Below, piece after piece: positions 1 through 9,884 of a DNA stretch of 64,000 nt. A program made the position numbers and the translations under genes. Under the pieces are notes generated by a model. The model saw nothing but the letters and a program-made list of their open reading frames with translations, was not told the origin of the DNA and made no database searches. Source of the stretch: Syntrophaceae bacterium (GTDB taxonomy: Bacteria > Desulfobacterota > Syntrophia > Syntrophales > PHBD01); the NCBI GenBank assembly GCA_013177825.1, contig JABLXX010000001.1, positions 208,936 through 272,935 of the forward strand, in the 5' to 3' direction. Every line of letters starts with the position of its first letter. The stretch's first letter is position 1.

Positions 1-1
1 G

Positions 2-97
2 GAAAAGGACGTGAGGGAGGCCCTCAAGCATATAGACCAGCTGGACGTAGTCCATGGAGAAACAATCCTGATCCGGATCGAGGACGAGAATCTTTGA
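2..97 (+). CDS. 3-prime end of a CDS that starts upstream of the window (possibly the C-terminal tail of homoserine dehydrogenase)
   Basis: Frame is open from the window edge: EKDVREALKHIDQLDVVHGETILIRIEDENL*. Its TGA (95-97) overlaps the ATG of the next gene. The function is guessed only from the tail sequence and the neighbourhood. Confidence 0.35.
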   Translation, partial: EKDVREALKHIDQLDVVHGETILIRIEDENL

Positions 98-1308
98 TGA
101 AATATGTAATTCTCCTGGGAGACGGAATGGCGGATCGACCATTGGCCGAACTGGGCGGAAAGACCCCCCTGGAAGCCGCCCGCACGCCCAACATGGATCG
201 CATTGCCGGAACCGGCCTGATCGGACTCGTGGATACCATCCCGGAAGGACTCGTGCCGGGCAGCGACGTGGCGAACCTGTCCGTGCTCGGCTACGATCCA
301 CGCAGCGTTTACAGTGGCCGGGGGCCTCTGGAAGCCGCCAATATGGGCGTCCGGCTCAAACCCGATGACGTGGCGTTCCGCTGCAACCTGGTGACCCTCG
401 CAGGGAATGACCTGGACGTTATGGACAGTTACAGCGCCGGCCACATCGGGACGGATGAGGCCGCCTCGATCATCACCGACCTGCACCGTTGCCTTGGGAG
501 TGATGAATTTCAGTTCCATCCCGGTATCAGTTACAGACACCTCTTGGTCTGGAAAGGCGGGAAGGCCTCTCTGGCCACCACTCCCCCTCATGATATTACG
601 GGACGGAAGACAGCCTCCTATTTACCAAAAGGAGAAGGGGAGCAGGCGATTCTGCGCCTCATGGAGGACGCCGCCCCGCTCCTGAGCGGCCATCCCATCA
701 ACCGGCAGCGGATTGCAGCCGGGAAAAAGCCCGCCAATGGCATCTGGCCCTGGGGGCAGGGGTTGGCACCGCGCCTTGTTCCACTTACGGAGACATACGG
801 AATCCTCGGGGGAATGATCTCGGCGGTGGATCTCCTTAACGGCATGGGAGTGTACGCAGGCCTGAACGTAATCCGGGTCGAGGGCGCCACCGGCTTCACC
901 GACACCAACTACATCGGCAAGGCGCAAAAAGCGATTGAGTCTCTGGGGGAGATGGATTTCATCTTCGTTCATGTGGAAGCCCCCGATGAAATGGGCCATG
1001 CAGGGGACATCGAGGGGAAAATCAGGGCCATTGAAGACTTTGATGAAAAGGTGGTTGGAACGGTCCTGAAGGGGCTGGAGACGCTGAAACCTTACCGGAT
1101 CATGGTGTTGAGCGATCACCCGACGCCGATCAAGCTGCGGACCCATTCGTCCGAACCGAGTCCCTTTGCGGTCCTCTCCTCCGAGAGAGAGGAGAATCCC
1201 GGCCGGGGTGCCGTCTACTCGGAGGCGGAGGGTAGGCGATCAGGGCTTCTCCTTTCCCCGGGATATCTTCTGATGGAGCGGTTCATTCGGGGACGGCTCC
1301 ATGCCTAG
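97..1308 (+). CDS. apgM: Cofactor-independent phosphoglycerate mutase family protein (archaeal ApgM type; the same family has been proposed as a non-canonical homoserine kinase)
   Basis: N-terminus MKYVILLGDGMADRP...GKTPLEAARTPNMD and metal-site region FIFVHVEAPDEMGHAGD...VLSDHPTP are typical of the ApgM/alkaline-phosphatase superfamily. ATG at 97 preferred over the TTG at 94. Confidence 0.8.
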   Translation: MKYVILLGDGMADRPLAELGGKTPLEAARTPNMDRIAGTGLIGLVDTIPEGLVPGSDVANLSVLGYDPRSVYSGRGPLEAANMGVRLKPDDVAFRCNLVTLAGNDLDVMDSYSAGHIGTDEAASIITDLHRCLGSDEFQFHPGISYRHLLVWKGGKASLATTPPHDITGRKTASYLPKGEGEQAILRLMEDAAPLLSGHPINRQRIAAGKKPANGIWPWGQGLAPRLVPLTETYGILGGMISAVDLLNGMGVYAGLNVIRVEGATGFTDTNYIGKAQKAIESLGEMDFIFVHVEAPDEMGHAGDIEGKIRAIEDFDEKVVGTVLKGLETLKPYRIMVLSDHPTPIKLRTHSSEPSPFAVLSSEREENPGRGAVYSEAEGRRSGLLLSPGYLLMERFIRGRLHA

Positions 1309-1735
1309 GCACCGCGTCCAGGTCCGGGTGATCTATGCGGACACGGACGCCATGGGGATTGTCTACCATACGAATTATATCCGCTGGTTCGAAATCGGAC
1401 GGACGGAGTTGCTGCGCGACATGGGGCTCAGTCATGCCCGGATGGAAGGAGAACCTTTCCTTCTTCCACTGACTCGCGTTTATTGCCATTATCTTGTCCC
1501 GGCCCGGATCGACCAGTTGCTGACGCTGGAAACGGAAATCGCCTACCTCAAACGAGCGAGCGTCAAGTTTCATTACGAAATCTGGGATGAGCGTCGTGAG
1601 GTGAAAATGGTGGAAGGATACTCGGTCCATGCGTGTACCGACCGGAACGGGCGGATCGTGCGGTTGCCCGATTTCTGCATCCGGCAGGTCCTTCATCACG
1701 AACCGCAGTTGAAAGGAGAAAAACATGGCGGATAA
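1301..1735 (+). CDS. Acyl-CoA thioesterase, YbgC/4HBT hotdog family
   Basis: VRVIYADTDAMGIVYHTNYIRWFEIGRTELLRDMG is the 4HBT/YbgC catalytic-Asp N-terminal signature. Overlaps the upstream stop by 8 nt. Confidence 0.8.
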   Translation: MPRHRVQVRVIYADTDAMGIVYHTNYIRWFEIGRTELLRDMGLSHARMEGEPFLLPLTRVYCHYLVPARIDQLLTLETEIAYLKRASVKFHYEIWDERREVKMVEGYSVHACTDRNGRIVRLPDFCIRQVLHHEPQLKGEKHGG

Positions 1736-2396
1736 AACCCAGGAACTGGACCTGAAAGGACCGGACCGCTTCCAGACACTGATTATGAATATAACCCGAT
1801 ACGTATCGGAGAACAGGAAGCAGTTTTACATCGGCACAGCGGCCGCTGTTGTTGTTGTTCTGACAGTCAGCGGCTGGTTTTTCTATCGATGGCAGGATGA
1901 AAAAAGCGCCTCCGCACTGTACGGACAGGCGATGAGCAAGGCGCGGGGTGAGCAGGTCCAGCCGGCGGATGTCGTCAAGGCCTACCAGGAAGTCGTAACC
2001 CGGCATCCTTCAAGCCAGGCAGCGGCCCTGGCCTCATTCCGCCTGGGAAACATCCATTACCTGCTAAAGGACTACGATGCCTCCCTGAAAGCCTACCAGA
2101 CTTTCCTTTCCCATGCCCCCGCCCGGAGCGACCTCGTGACGCTCGCCTATACGGGGGAGGGATACTGCCATGAGGCAAAAGGGGATTTCAAGAACGCCCT
2201 CTCTTCATTTGAAAAGGCCGAAAAATCGAAGGGTGGCACCCACTTTGAGTCCATGACATTGCGAAACATCGCCAGAACTTACGAGTCATTGAACGATCCT
2301 GCAAAGGCGCTGGATTATTACAAGAAGGCGTTGGGAAAGAGCAATGATCCTTTTGTTGAAAGCCTCATCAAGGTAAAAATCGCCACGCTGGGATAG
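1725..2396 (+). CDS. Membrane-anchored TPR protein (YfgM-like)
   Basis: Single N-terminal TM (FYIGTAAAVVVVLTVSGWFFY) followed by TPR-like repeats (ALASFRLGNIHYLLKDYDASLKAYQTF..., AKALDYYKKAL). Confidence 0.65.
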   Translation: MADKTQELDLKGPDRFQTLIMNITRYVSENRKQFYIGTAAAVVVVLTVSGWFFYRWQDEKSASALYGQAMSKARGEQVQPADVVKAYQEVVTRHPSSQAAALASFRLGNIHYLLKDYDASLKAYQTFLSHAPARSDLVTLAYTGEGYCHEAKGDFKNALSSFEKAEKSKGGTHFESMTLRNIARTYESLNDPAKALDYYKKALGKSNDPFVESLIKVKIATLG

Positions 2397-2419
2397 GGCG
2401 ATCCGCGACCCAATCAATC

Positions 2420-4078
2420 ATGCCGAGCCTATCCACTCTGCAGGTCGTTCCGGAACTCCTTAAGCGAGAGGACATCCGGAACCGCCTGTTTTTCAGTATT
2501 CTTGTCACGATTCTGGCCATCCAGGTCTGGGCCGCCCTGGTCAATATTCATTTTGGGATCGACAGCATCCAGATGATGTCTGTTTTCGAATCCGATGAAA
2601 CCGCGGCCGTGGCCCGAACCCAGAAGAACCTCGCCGAAGGAGACCTATCCCCGGACGGGATGTTTCAATATGGTTTCTTCTTCAACACGCTGGCCTACTG
2701 GACTGTTCGTTTCTTCCAGTTTCTGGGCTACAACCGGGACACGACAGTGGCTTTTCTGGCCATCAACTACCGTCTGATCGCCGTTTTGTCATTTCTCCTG
2801 CTTCTCTTTCTTTTTCAGCGCCTCTCGCTGCTCCTGGTCAAATCCCGCGAGCTCTCCTGGCTCAGTGTGCTTCTGCTCGCTTCCGTCCAGCAGATCTATT
2901 ACTGGTCTCAGACGATTCACCCCGACATCACGCAGACCATGCTGATCGTGGCAGCCGCCTGGGTGGCACTGAAATCACACATGTTCCGAAATGCCAACTG
3001 GGCAGCCTTTCTGGCCGGCATGGCCTTCGGAACGAAATACGGAGGGATCTTCATCCTTCCATTTCTTTTCATCCCGGCTCTGATGAACGACCGGCCGGAT
3101 CTGTCCCTGAAAGGAAAGCTCCGCGGGAAGGCCCCGCTGTTCCTCCTCTCTTTCCTTCTGGGGTGGCTTATCTTCAATCCCTATGTCATTTTCAATTTCA
3201 TCCATTTCCTGCGCTGGTTGAAGTTGATCATTGTGTACACATTGACAGGTTTTGTCGGATCCACCGGACAAATCACATCGGCTAATCCGTTGCTCTGGTT
3301 CCCCGTCCTCTACAGGGCGTTTTATACGCCGGGCGCCCTCGTCATGCTGGCGGGACTCTTTCCCGCCTTGTGGTTCCTGGTCCAATCCATAAAACGAAGG
3401 GAAGGGCTTCGGGAACCCGACACATTGAACCGGATTGTCATCGGAGCCTACTGTCTTTTCGCCTTAGTCCACATCCTTCTGGGCGTCAAATCCCGCGAAG
3501 TGAGATACGCCTTTCATTTCATCCCGTTTCTCATTCTCCTGTCATTCACCGGATGGGCGATCCTGTCCTGCCGGATGAAGCAAAGGGGAAGGGCGATTCT
3601 TTCTTTCGCCCTGCTCCTTCTGATCGCACCAGCCAACCTGAACGCAGTCCATTCCATGGCATCCTGTTCAAACAAGGAATCGGATGCCCGGCTTGCCTCG
3701 GGGCGTGTCCTGGAGGAACGGTATTCTCCAGATACAAGGATACTGGCCGATTTTTACGCCTACGTCCCCCCCAAGTTCAAAAACACCCTGGTGGAATGGG
3801 GAATCAGAAGCGAGTCGATTCTACGGGAAAATCCTCAGGTCATTCTCGTCAGCCGGGCCATGACGGGCCGCTGGATCTGGAAAGCACCAGGCACGTCGTT
3901 CCGCGACGGGTCTTTCGTGACAAACCCATCCTACCCGGAAGCACAGCTGCGTTCAGTCCGGGATGTATTCTCCATGCTGTTCTCGAACCCCTCAAGGACA
4001 TATCGTGCAATCTACGAGGATGACCACGTATTGATCCTGGAACAGCAGAATCTTCCGGAAGGAAAAGGTCAACCATGA
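2420..4078 (+). CDS. Polytopic GT-C-fold glycosyltransferase (ArnT/PMT, GT39/GT83-like)
   Basis: At least 10 predicted TM segments. An acidic motif FESDE lies in the first extracytoplasmic loop. A soluble C-terminal domain of about 150 aa is present. Sits next to a polyprenyl-phosphate glycosyltransferase-like GT2. Confidence 0.6.
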   Translation: MPSLSTLQVVPELLKREDIRNRLFFSILVTILAIQVWAALVNIHFGIDSIQMMSVFESDETAAVARTQKNLAEGDLSPDGMFQYGFFFNTLAYWTVRFFQFLGYNRDTTVAFLAINYRLIAVLSFLLLLFLFQRLSLLLVKSRELSWLSVLLLASVQQIYYWSQTIHPDITQTMLIVAAAWVALKSHMFRNANWAAFLAGMAFGTKYGGIFILPFLFIPALMNDRPDLSLKGKLRGKAPLFLLSFLLGWLIFNPYVIFNFIHFLRWLKLIIVYTLTGFVGSTGQITSANPLLWFPVLYRAFYTPGALVMLAGLFPALWFLVQSIKRREGLREPDTLNRIVIGAYCLFALVHILLGVKSREVRYAFHFIPFLILLSFTGWAILSCRMKQRGRAILSFALLLLIAPANLNAVHSMASCSNKESDARLASGRVLEERYSPDTRILADFYAYVPPKFKNTLVEWGIRSESILRENPQVILVSRAMTGRWIWKAPGTSFRDGSFVTNPSYPEAQLRSVRDVFSMLFSNPSRTYRAIYEDDHVLILEQQNLPEGKGQP

Positions 4079-5550
4079 AGATTCCTTCCACTGGACAGCA
4101 ATACGTACAGGAAGGCACGCAGGCCGGTCATCGATTTTCGGAGACCCGTTCCGCACATTGGAACAAAGTCGCCAATACGTGTAATCCGTGGCGCGGGTTG
4201 GGAGGGGCTTACCGCTCCCGCCTTGTGGAGGTCTATGGCTTCCTGATTCCGCCCGGATCCACGATTCTGGAACTGGGATGCGGCCGGGGAGACCTGCTCG
4301 CTTCCCTCCGGCCGTCAAGGGGCATCGGGGTTGATTTCTCCACTGCCATGATTGAACAGGGAAGGCAATATCATCCGGAAATCCATTTTGTCTGCGAAGA
4401 CGTACACAACTTCAAGACGGATGAGATCTTCGATTACATTATCATCTCCGATCTTCTGAACGATCTCTGGGACGTCCAGCAGGTCTTTGAAACCATACGG
4501 TCGAACTGTCACACCCGAACGCGGATCGTGATCAACCTGTACAGCCACCTCTGGGAAAAACCGCTGAAGATGGTCCAGCAATGGGGGATGGCCACCCCCA
4601 CGCTTCCTCAGAACTGGCTGACCGTCGAGGATGTGGCGAACCTTCTGTACCTGACCGGTTTTGAGAGGATCCGCTCCTGGCCGGAAATTCTCTTGCCTTT
4701 GAGATTCCCCTTACTTTCGTCATTTCTCAACCGCTATGCGGTGAGGATCTGGCCTTTTCGCTGGTTCGCCCTGACAAATTTTCTCATTGCCCGGCCGCTC
4801 CCTCTCCCCAACAATGGAGCCCCGGCCTCTCCCCCTCTCGTATCGGTTGTCGTACCGGCGAGAAATGAGGCGGGCAACATCCCGCGGATTTTCGCCCGCA
4901 CCCCGGAAATGGGCCGGGGAACAGAGCTGGTGTTCGTCGAGGGACATTCACAGGACGGGACTTACGAGGCAATCGAGAAGGCCATGGCGGAGAATCCTGA
5001 ACGCCGCTGCCAACTTTATCGCCAGACGGGAGTCGGTAAGGGCGATGCGGTCCGCCTCGGGTTTTCCAAGGCAACAGGGGACATCCTGATGATTCTCGAC
5101 GCGGACCTTACCGTGCCACCGGAAGACCTGCCCCGTTTCGTTGCTGCGCTTACCTCGGAGAAGGCGGAATTCATCAACGGAGTTCGTCTCGTCTACCCCA
5201 TGGAAGATCGAGCGATGCGTTTTTTCAACCTCCTGGGAAATAAGTTTTTCAGCCTGGCCTTTTCGTGGCTTCTTGGACAGTCCATCAAGGACACCCTCTG
5301 TGGAACAAAGGTTCTGAAAAAGGAAGAGTACGGACGAATTGAACAGAACCGATCCTATTTCGGAGACTTCGACCCCTTCGGCGATTTTGACCTGATTTTC
5401 GGGGCTGCGAAGCTGAATCTGAAAATTGTCGATCTTCCAGTACGATACAGAGAGCGGACCTACGGCACCACCCAAATCCAGCGCTGGAGTCATGGCTGGC
5501 TTCTGCTGAAAATGGTGGCGTTTGCCGCCCGAAGAATAAAATTCATCTGA
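4075..5550 (+). CDS. Bifunctional class I SAM-dependent methyltransferase / family 2 glycosyltransferase (polyprenyl-phosphate sugar synthase-like)
   Basis: N-terminal half has the SAM motif I ILELGCGRGDL. C-terminal half has VSVVVPARNEAGNI, GKGDAV and ILMILDADL (the DxD region of GT2), plus a C-terminal amphipathic/TM tail. Overlaps the upstream gene by 4 nt. Confidence 0.8.
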   Translation: MKIPSTGQQYVQEGTQAGHRFSETRSAHWNKVANTCNPWRGLGGAYRSRLVEVYGFLIPPGSTILELGCGRGDLLASLRPSRGIGVDFSTAMIEQGRQYHPEIHFVCEDVHNFKTDEIFDYIIISDLLNDLWDVQQVFETIRSNCHTRTRIVINLYSHLWEKPLKMVQQWGMATPTLPQNWLTVEDVANLLYLTGFERIRSWPEILLPLRFPLLSSFLNRYAVRIWPFRWFALTNFLIARPLPLPNNGAPASPPLVSVVVPARNEAGNIPRIFARTPEMGRGTELVFVEGHSQDGTYEAIEKAMAENPERRCQLYRQTGVGKGDAVRLGFSKATGDILMILDADLTVPPEDLPRFVAALTSEKAEFINGVRLVYPMEDRAMRFFNLLGNKFFSLAFSWLLGQSIKDTLCGTKVLKKEEYGRIEQNRSYFGDFDPFGDFDLIFGAAKLNLKIVDLPVRYRERTYGTTQIQRWSHGWLLLKMVAFAARRIKFI

Positions 5551-5564
5551 TTGCGGTATGCCGG

Positions 5565-6362
5565 ATGATCAAAAATCTCTTGCTCCATCCATTGACTCGA
5601 GGCCTGGATGTCGATGACCCCGCAACCACGGAGGTAAGGCGGAGGATCATTCGGAGCAAGCCTTTCCTGCATCGCATTTATGAGGAATGGTATACCGGCA
5701 TCGTGGCATGCCTGCCCGGCGGGGAAGGCCCGGTTGTAGAGTTGGGTTCGGGAGCCGGCCATCTGGAGGATTTTCTTCCGGGCGTCGTAAAAACGGAGAT
5801 TCTGCCTTGCCCTCATGTAGCCGTCGTCTTGGATGCGGGATTTCTTCCTTTTTCCGACACGTCTGTGCGAGCGCTCGTCATGACCGATGTGTTTCACCAC
5901 CTTCCCAAACCGGAGGCCTTTCTGCGGGAGGCGGCCCGTTGCCTCCGGCCGGGCGGATCGGTGCTCATGATCGAACCGTGGGTTACTGCCTGGTCTCGGT
6001 TTGTCTATCGTCGCCTTCATCCCGAGCCCTTCGAGCCGGATGCGGAATCATGGGAATTTCCCAGCAAAGGACCTCTCTCGGGAGCCAACTCCGCCTTGCC
6101 CTGGATCGTCTTCGGCCGCGACAGGGACCGCTTTCAGGCTGAGTTTCCGCTTCTCCGGCTTGAGTCCGTCGAGCCGATGATGCCTATTCTTTACCTCCTT
6201 TCCGGCGGTGTTTCCCTTAGAAATCTCCAGCCCGGATGGACATTCCCGCTGTGGCGTTCCCTGGAGCAGGCATTGAAACCGCTCTGGCCGTCCATTGCCA
6301 TGTTTGCCCGGATTGTCCTCCGCCGGATCGACGGAGCGGATCCCAAGGGGAATGGAAGATGA
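5565..6362 (+). CDS. Class I SAM-dependent methyltransferase
   Basis: [11 protein letters not shown] (motif I), then [36 protein letters not shown] (Methyltransf_11-like). Confidence 0.75.
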   Translation: MIKNLLLHPLTRGLDVDDPATTEVRRRIIRSKPFLHRIYEEWYTGIVACLPGGEGPVVELGSGAGHLEDFLPGVVKTEILPCPHVAVVLDAGFLPFSDTSVRALVMTDVFHHLPKPEAFLREAARCLRPGGSVLMIEPWVTAWSRFVYRRLHPEPFEPDAESWEFPSKGPLSGANSALPWIVFGRDRDRFQAEFPLLRLESVEPMMPILYLLSGGVSLRNLQPGWTFPLWRSLEQALKPLWPSIAMFARIVLRRIDGADPKGNGR

Positions 6363-6940
6363 AGGAAAAGATCGAAGGCCCCTTCGGGCGATTTCTGAAA
6401 AAATACGGATCCCGTGTCATTCACCTCTGGTTCGAGGAATACACCGGTTGGATCACCCGCAACCTCCCTTCCCTGGAGGGAATGGCAATCCGTTACGCTT
6501 TGTACCGACTTCTATTCAAAAGGCTGCCTTCCTTTCCTCTGATCTATCCCGGCGTTTACTTCACACATACCTATGGTCTGAGTGTTGGACACCGTTTTTC
6601 CGTGAATACGGGGGCGCTCCTGGACGCAAGGGGAGGCATCACGATCGGTGATGGAGTCATGGTCGGTCCCTACGCCGTCATCGTATCTTCGGAACATGAT
6701 CTGGGCCGACCGGGGATTCCCATGACGTCCAGAGACCACGTCCTTTCAATGGTTGTGATCCAGGATGATGTCTGGATCGGGGGACACGCGGTGATTCTCA
6801 AGGGTGTGACGATCGGCCGTGGAGCCGTCGTCGCCGCGGGCGCTGTCGTGGCATCCGATGTCGAACCCTATGCGGTTGTAGCCGGAATGCCGGCAAAGAT
6901 CATTCAGAACAGAATGTATTCCAGGGAGGATTTGGAATGA
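6359..6940 (+). CDS. Left-handed beta-helix (hexapeptide repeat) acyl/acetyltransferase
   Basis: Hexapeptide repeats [16 protein letters not shown]...[32 protein letters not shown]. Start moved to the ATG at 6359 (MKEKIEG), which overlaps the upstream stop as ATGA; the 6236 extension is not protein-like. Confidence 0.8.
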   Translation: MKEKIEGPFGRFLKKYGSRVIHLWFEEYTGWITRNLPSLEGMAIRYALYRLLFKRLPSFPLIYPGVYFTHTYGLSVGHRFSVNTGALLDARGGITIGDGVMVGPYAVIVSSEHDLGRPGIPMTSRDHVLSMVVIQDDVWIGGHAVILKGVTIGRGAVVAAGAVVASDVEPYAVVAGMPAKIIQNRMYSREDLE

Positions 6941-8064
6941 CCGGGGAATCGAACCCGCACGTGAAGGAAAGCAATTCCTCATCGCCTTCACGAAACCGTC
7001 TGCGGGAAGGATTGTTGAACGGTATGCTTCTAGTGGTAACACTGGTCCTGGGTCTGCTTTTCATTGACTGGTTCAGCACGTTTTTCATCGACAGCCGTTC
7101 CCCCTTTGAACGCATGTTCCCGGTGGAACAGACAAGGCATCTCGAACCCTTCATCATGTTCAAGGGAAAACCGGGAGGAGGGCACAACGATCTTGGATAC
7201 AAGGGAAGATCCCCAACTCAAGCGCGGCCCGGCAGTTATCGCATCTTCTTCCTCGGGGGGTCCACCGCCTACGACGGGGAACCTCCCATTGCGGAATTGC
7301 TTGAAAAGCGGTTTCATGAAATGGGTGCAAAAAACGTTGACGTGTTCAACTTCGGCGTAGTCAGTTCCAATTCCGGGATGGAACTGGCCCGTGTCGTCCA
7401 TGAAATACTGGATTACAAGCCCGATTATGTGATTTTCTTCAATGGCGGCAATGATCTGATCTCTCCTCTCGGCTGGGATCCGCGTCCCGGTTATCCATTC
7501 AATTTCATGGCTTATGAGAAAAATCCCCTGATGGAGACCCGCCGGCAGTACAGCCTGGTAAAATCAATAGCCTTGGGAAGCAACCTGTTCCGCGTCGCCG
7601 CCGGCCGCTATCCAGCCCTCAACGAATGGCTCCTGGGACAGGAGGATCTCCGGAAACAGGCCGGTTTCAAAACAGTTCCCTGGATGGAACATATCGTTGC
7701 CGTCTATCTGGGAAACGCCATGAAGGCCCAGACCGCCCTCTCCGGCGCTGATGCCCGCTTCGCCGTCTTCTTCCAGCCGCTGATCTATTACAAGGACCAC
7801 CTGGGGGCGAAGGAACAACCGCTCTGCGCCGAACAGGGCAGGGGATATTATGAAGAAATGAGGTCGAAGGTGCGCTCGATGTACCGGGAGCGCTTTCCCA
7901 GCCTGAATTTCTTTGATGTAAGCGACATTTATGATACAGAGCGAAGCGACGTTTTTACTGATATCATTCACACAACCCAGGAGGGACGAATGGCCATGGC
8001 GGTCACGATCTGTGACCGGATCGCTGCCGACGCCCTCCGGGATATGAAGAGGAAAGGCAAATGA
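6937..8064 (+). CDS. Membrane-anchored SGNH/GDSL-type hydrolase or acyl-esterase
   Basis: N-terminal TM ([16 protein letters not shown]). SGNH blocks: FFLGGSTAY (block I), [11 protein letters not shown] (II), FFNGGNDL (III), DIIHTT (V). ATGA overlap with the acetyltransferase gene. Confidence 0.6.
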   Translation: MTGESNPHVKESNSSSPSRNRLREGLLNGMLLVVTLVLGLLFIDWFSTFFIDSRSPFERMFPVEQTRHLEPFIMFKGKPGGGHNDLGYKGRSPTQARPGSYRIFFLGGSTAYDGEPPIAELLEKRFHEMGAKNVDVFNFGVVSSNSGMELARVVHEILDYKPDYVIFFNGGNDLISPLGWDPRPGYPFNFMAYEKNPLMETRRQYSLVKSIALGSNLFRVAAGRYPALNEWLLGQEDLRKQAGFKTVPWMEHIVAVYLGNAMKAQTALSGADARFAVFFQPLIYYKDHLGAKEQPLCAEQGRGYYEEMRSKVRSMYRERFPSLNFFDVSDIYDTERSDVFTDIIHTTQEGRMAMAVTICDRIAADALRDMKRKGK

Positions 8065-9881
8065 CAGCATCGAAAAAGAAAGGTTCAGCGGGGAGGCGGC
8101 TGATGTCGGGAAACGAGGCCATCGCCCGCGGCGCGTACGAATGCGGCGTTCGATTCGGATCCGGATATCCCGGAACGCCCAGCACGGAGGTCATGGAAGA
8201 GTTCGCCCGTTATGAAGGCGTGTATGCCGAATGGTCCCCCAATGAAAAGGTGGCCCTGGAAGTGGGAATCGGCGCTGCCCTGGCCGGGGCGAAGGCCCTT
8301 GTAACCATGAAGCATGTCGGCGTGAATGTGGCTGCCGACCCTCTCTTTACCGCCAGTTATACCGGAACGAACGGGGCCCTGGTGATCGTCTCCGCCGACG
8401 ACCCATCGCTGCATAGTTCGCAGAACGAGCAGGACAACAGGAATTACGCAAAATTCGCCAAGATCCCGATGCTCGAACCGGCTGACTCGGAAGAGGCGCG
8501 GCAATTCATCAAGATCGCTTTTGAAATGAGCGAACGATTCGACACGCCGGTGTTCCTGCGATCCGTGACGAGACTCTCCCATTCCAAGGCAGTCGTAACG
8601 CCCGAAGATCCAGTCCCGGTGGAAGACCGCACAGCCATTAACATCAACGCCGCCAAGTATGTAATGGTCCCCTTTAACGCCCGGGTCCGTCGCGTGGAAG
8701 TGGAAAAAAGAATGAATGCCCTCCGGGAATTCGCCGAAACGTTCCCTGAAAACCGGATGGAAATCAACGATCCCGAGGTGGGGATCATCACGGCCGGTAT
8801 GTGCTACCACTATGCGAAGGCCGCCTTTCGCAATTATTCCTACCTGAAACTGGGGATGGTATACCCGCTCCCGGTGGGCCTGATCCGTGAGTTCGCCCGA
8901 AAGGTGAAGAAAATCTACGTGCTCGAAGAGATGGATCCTTTCTTCGAAGAGCAGATCAAAGCCCTCGGCATTTCCGTGATCGGAAAAGAGATCTTCCCCT
9001 ACACCGGCGAATTCGACCCGGGAATCGTACAGACAGCCATTTCCGGTACAAAACCGGAATCCATCTCTTGCCCGGTCGAGATTCCTCCGCGGCCGCCCAA
9101 CCTCTGTCCCGGTTGTCCACACCGAGGTCTCTTCCATGTCCTGAACCGTCTGAAGACCTTCGTTACAGGGGACATCGGCTGTTATACCCTTTCATTCATG
9201 AAACCTCTCGAGGGGCTGCATTCCTGCATCTGCATGGGCGCCAGCATCGGCATGGCCCACGGAATGAGCAAGGCACTGGGAGAAAAGGGGAGGGGAAAGA
9301 TCGTCGGCGTGATCGGCGATTCCACCTTCCTTCACAGCGGCATCACGCCCCTTCTCAACCTGGCCTATAACAAGGGAGATGCGGTGATCGTCATCTGCGA
9401 CAACCGGACGACCGCCATGACGGGCATGCAGGAGCATCCAGGGACTGGTTATACCCTGCAGGGGGAGAAAACAAAGCCGGTGGACCTCAAGGCACTGATC
9501 ACCGCGCTGGGCATCGATTCCGTCAGGGTCGTGGATCCCTATGACCTGAAAGCGACGCGCGCGGTTCTCAAGGAAGAGCTCGACCGGCCGGGGCCTTCCG
9601 TTGTCATCTCCCAGCGGGCCTGTGTTTTGTTCAAGCGGGAAGCGCAGGCCGCACGCAAGCCCCTGCGGGTGAACCCAGACAAGTGCATCGGCTGCCGGTC
9701 TTGCATCGGCCTGGGCTGTCCGCCCATCGCCTGGCGCAATTTCTCGGAGCTGCCCCCGGAGCAGGTGAAGAAAAACGCCAAGAAGCAGGATGGAATGGCT
9801 GTCATCGATGGAACCCTTTGCAACGGCTGCACGGTCTGTCAGCAGTTGTGCAAGGTCGGGGCCATTGTCGAGGAGGACTGA
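8061..9881 (+). CDS. iorA: Indolepyruvate:ferredoxin oxidoreductase, alpha subunit
   Basis: LMSGNEAIARGAYECGVRFGSGYPGTPSTEVME, a TPP-binding region (GDSTFLHSG) and C-terminal 2x[4Fe-4S] motifs CIGCRSCIGLGCP / CNGCTVCQQLC. Confidence 0.9.
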   Translation: MTASKKKGSAGRRLMSGNEAIARGAYECGVRFGSGYPGTPSTEVMEEFARYEGVYAEWSPNEKVALEVGIGAALAGAKALVTMKHVGVNVAADPLFTASYTGTNGALVIVSADDPSLHSSQNEQDNRNYAKFAKIPMLEPADSEEARQFIKIAFEMSERFDTPVFLRSVTRLSHSKAVVTPEDPVPVEDRTAININAAKYVMVPFNARVRRVEVEKRMNALREFAETFPENRMEINDPEVGIITAGMCYHYAKAAFRNYSYLKLGMVYPLPVGLIREFARKVKKIYVLEEMDPFFEEQIKALGISVIGKEIFPYTGEFDPGIVQTAISGTKPESISCPVEIPPRPPNLCPGCPHRGLFHVLNRLKTFVTGDIGCYTLSFMKPLEGLHSCICMGASIGMAHGMSKALGEKGRGKIVGVIGDSTFLHSGITPLLNLAYNKGDAVIVICDNRTTAMTGMQEHPGTGYTLQGEKTKPVDLKALITALGIDSVRVVDPYDLKATRAVLKEELDRPGPSVVISQRACVLFKREAQAARKPLRVNPDKCIGCRSCIGLGCPPIAWRNFSELPPEQVKKNAKKQDGMAVIDGTLCNGCTVCQQLCKVGAIVEED

Positions 9882-9884
9882 CGA

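Noticed and set aside
6236-6358. N-terminal ORF extensions offered by the track (for example 6236, 24372, 24379, 26355, 27505, 35588, 39479, 50047, 56172, 63587, 19510, 21486)
   Set aside because: In each case the conserved family N-terminus begins at an internal start codon. That start usually has an RBS or a stop/start overlap with the upstream gene, and the extension overlaps the neighbouring gene or is compositionally odd.
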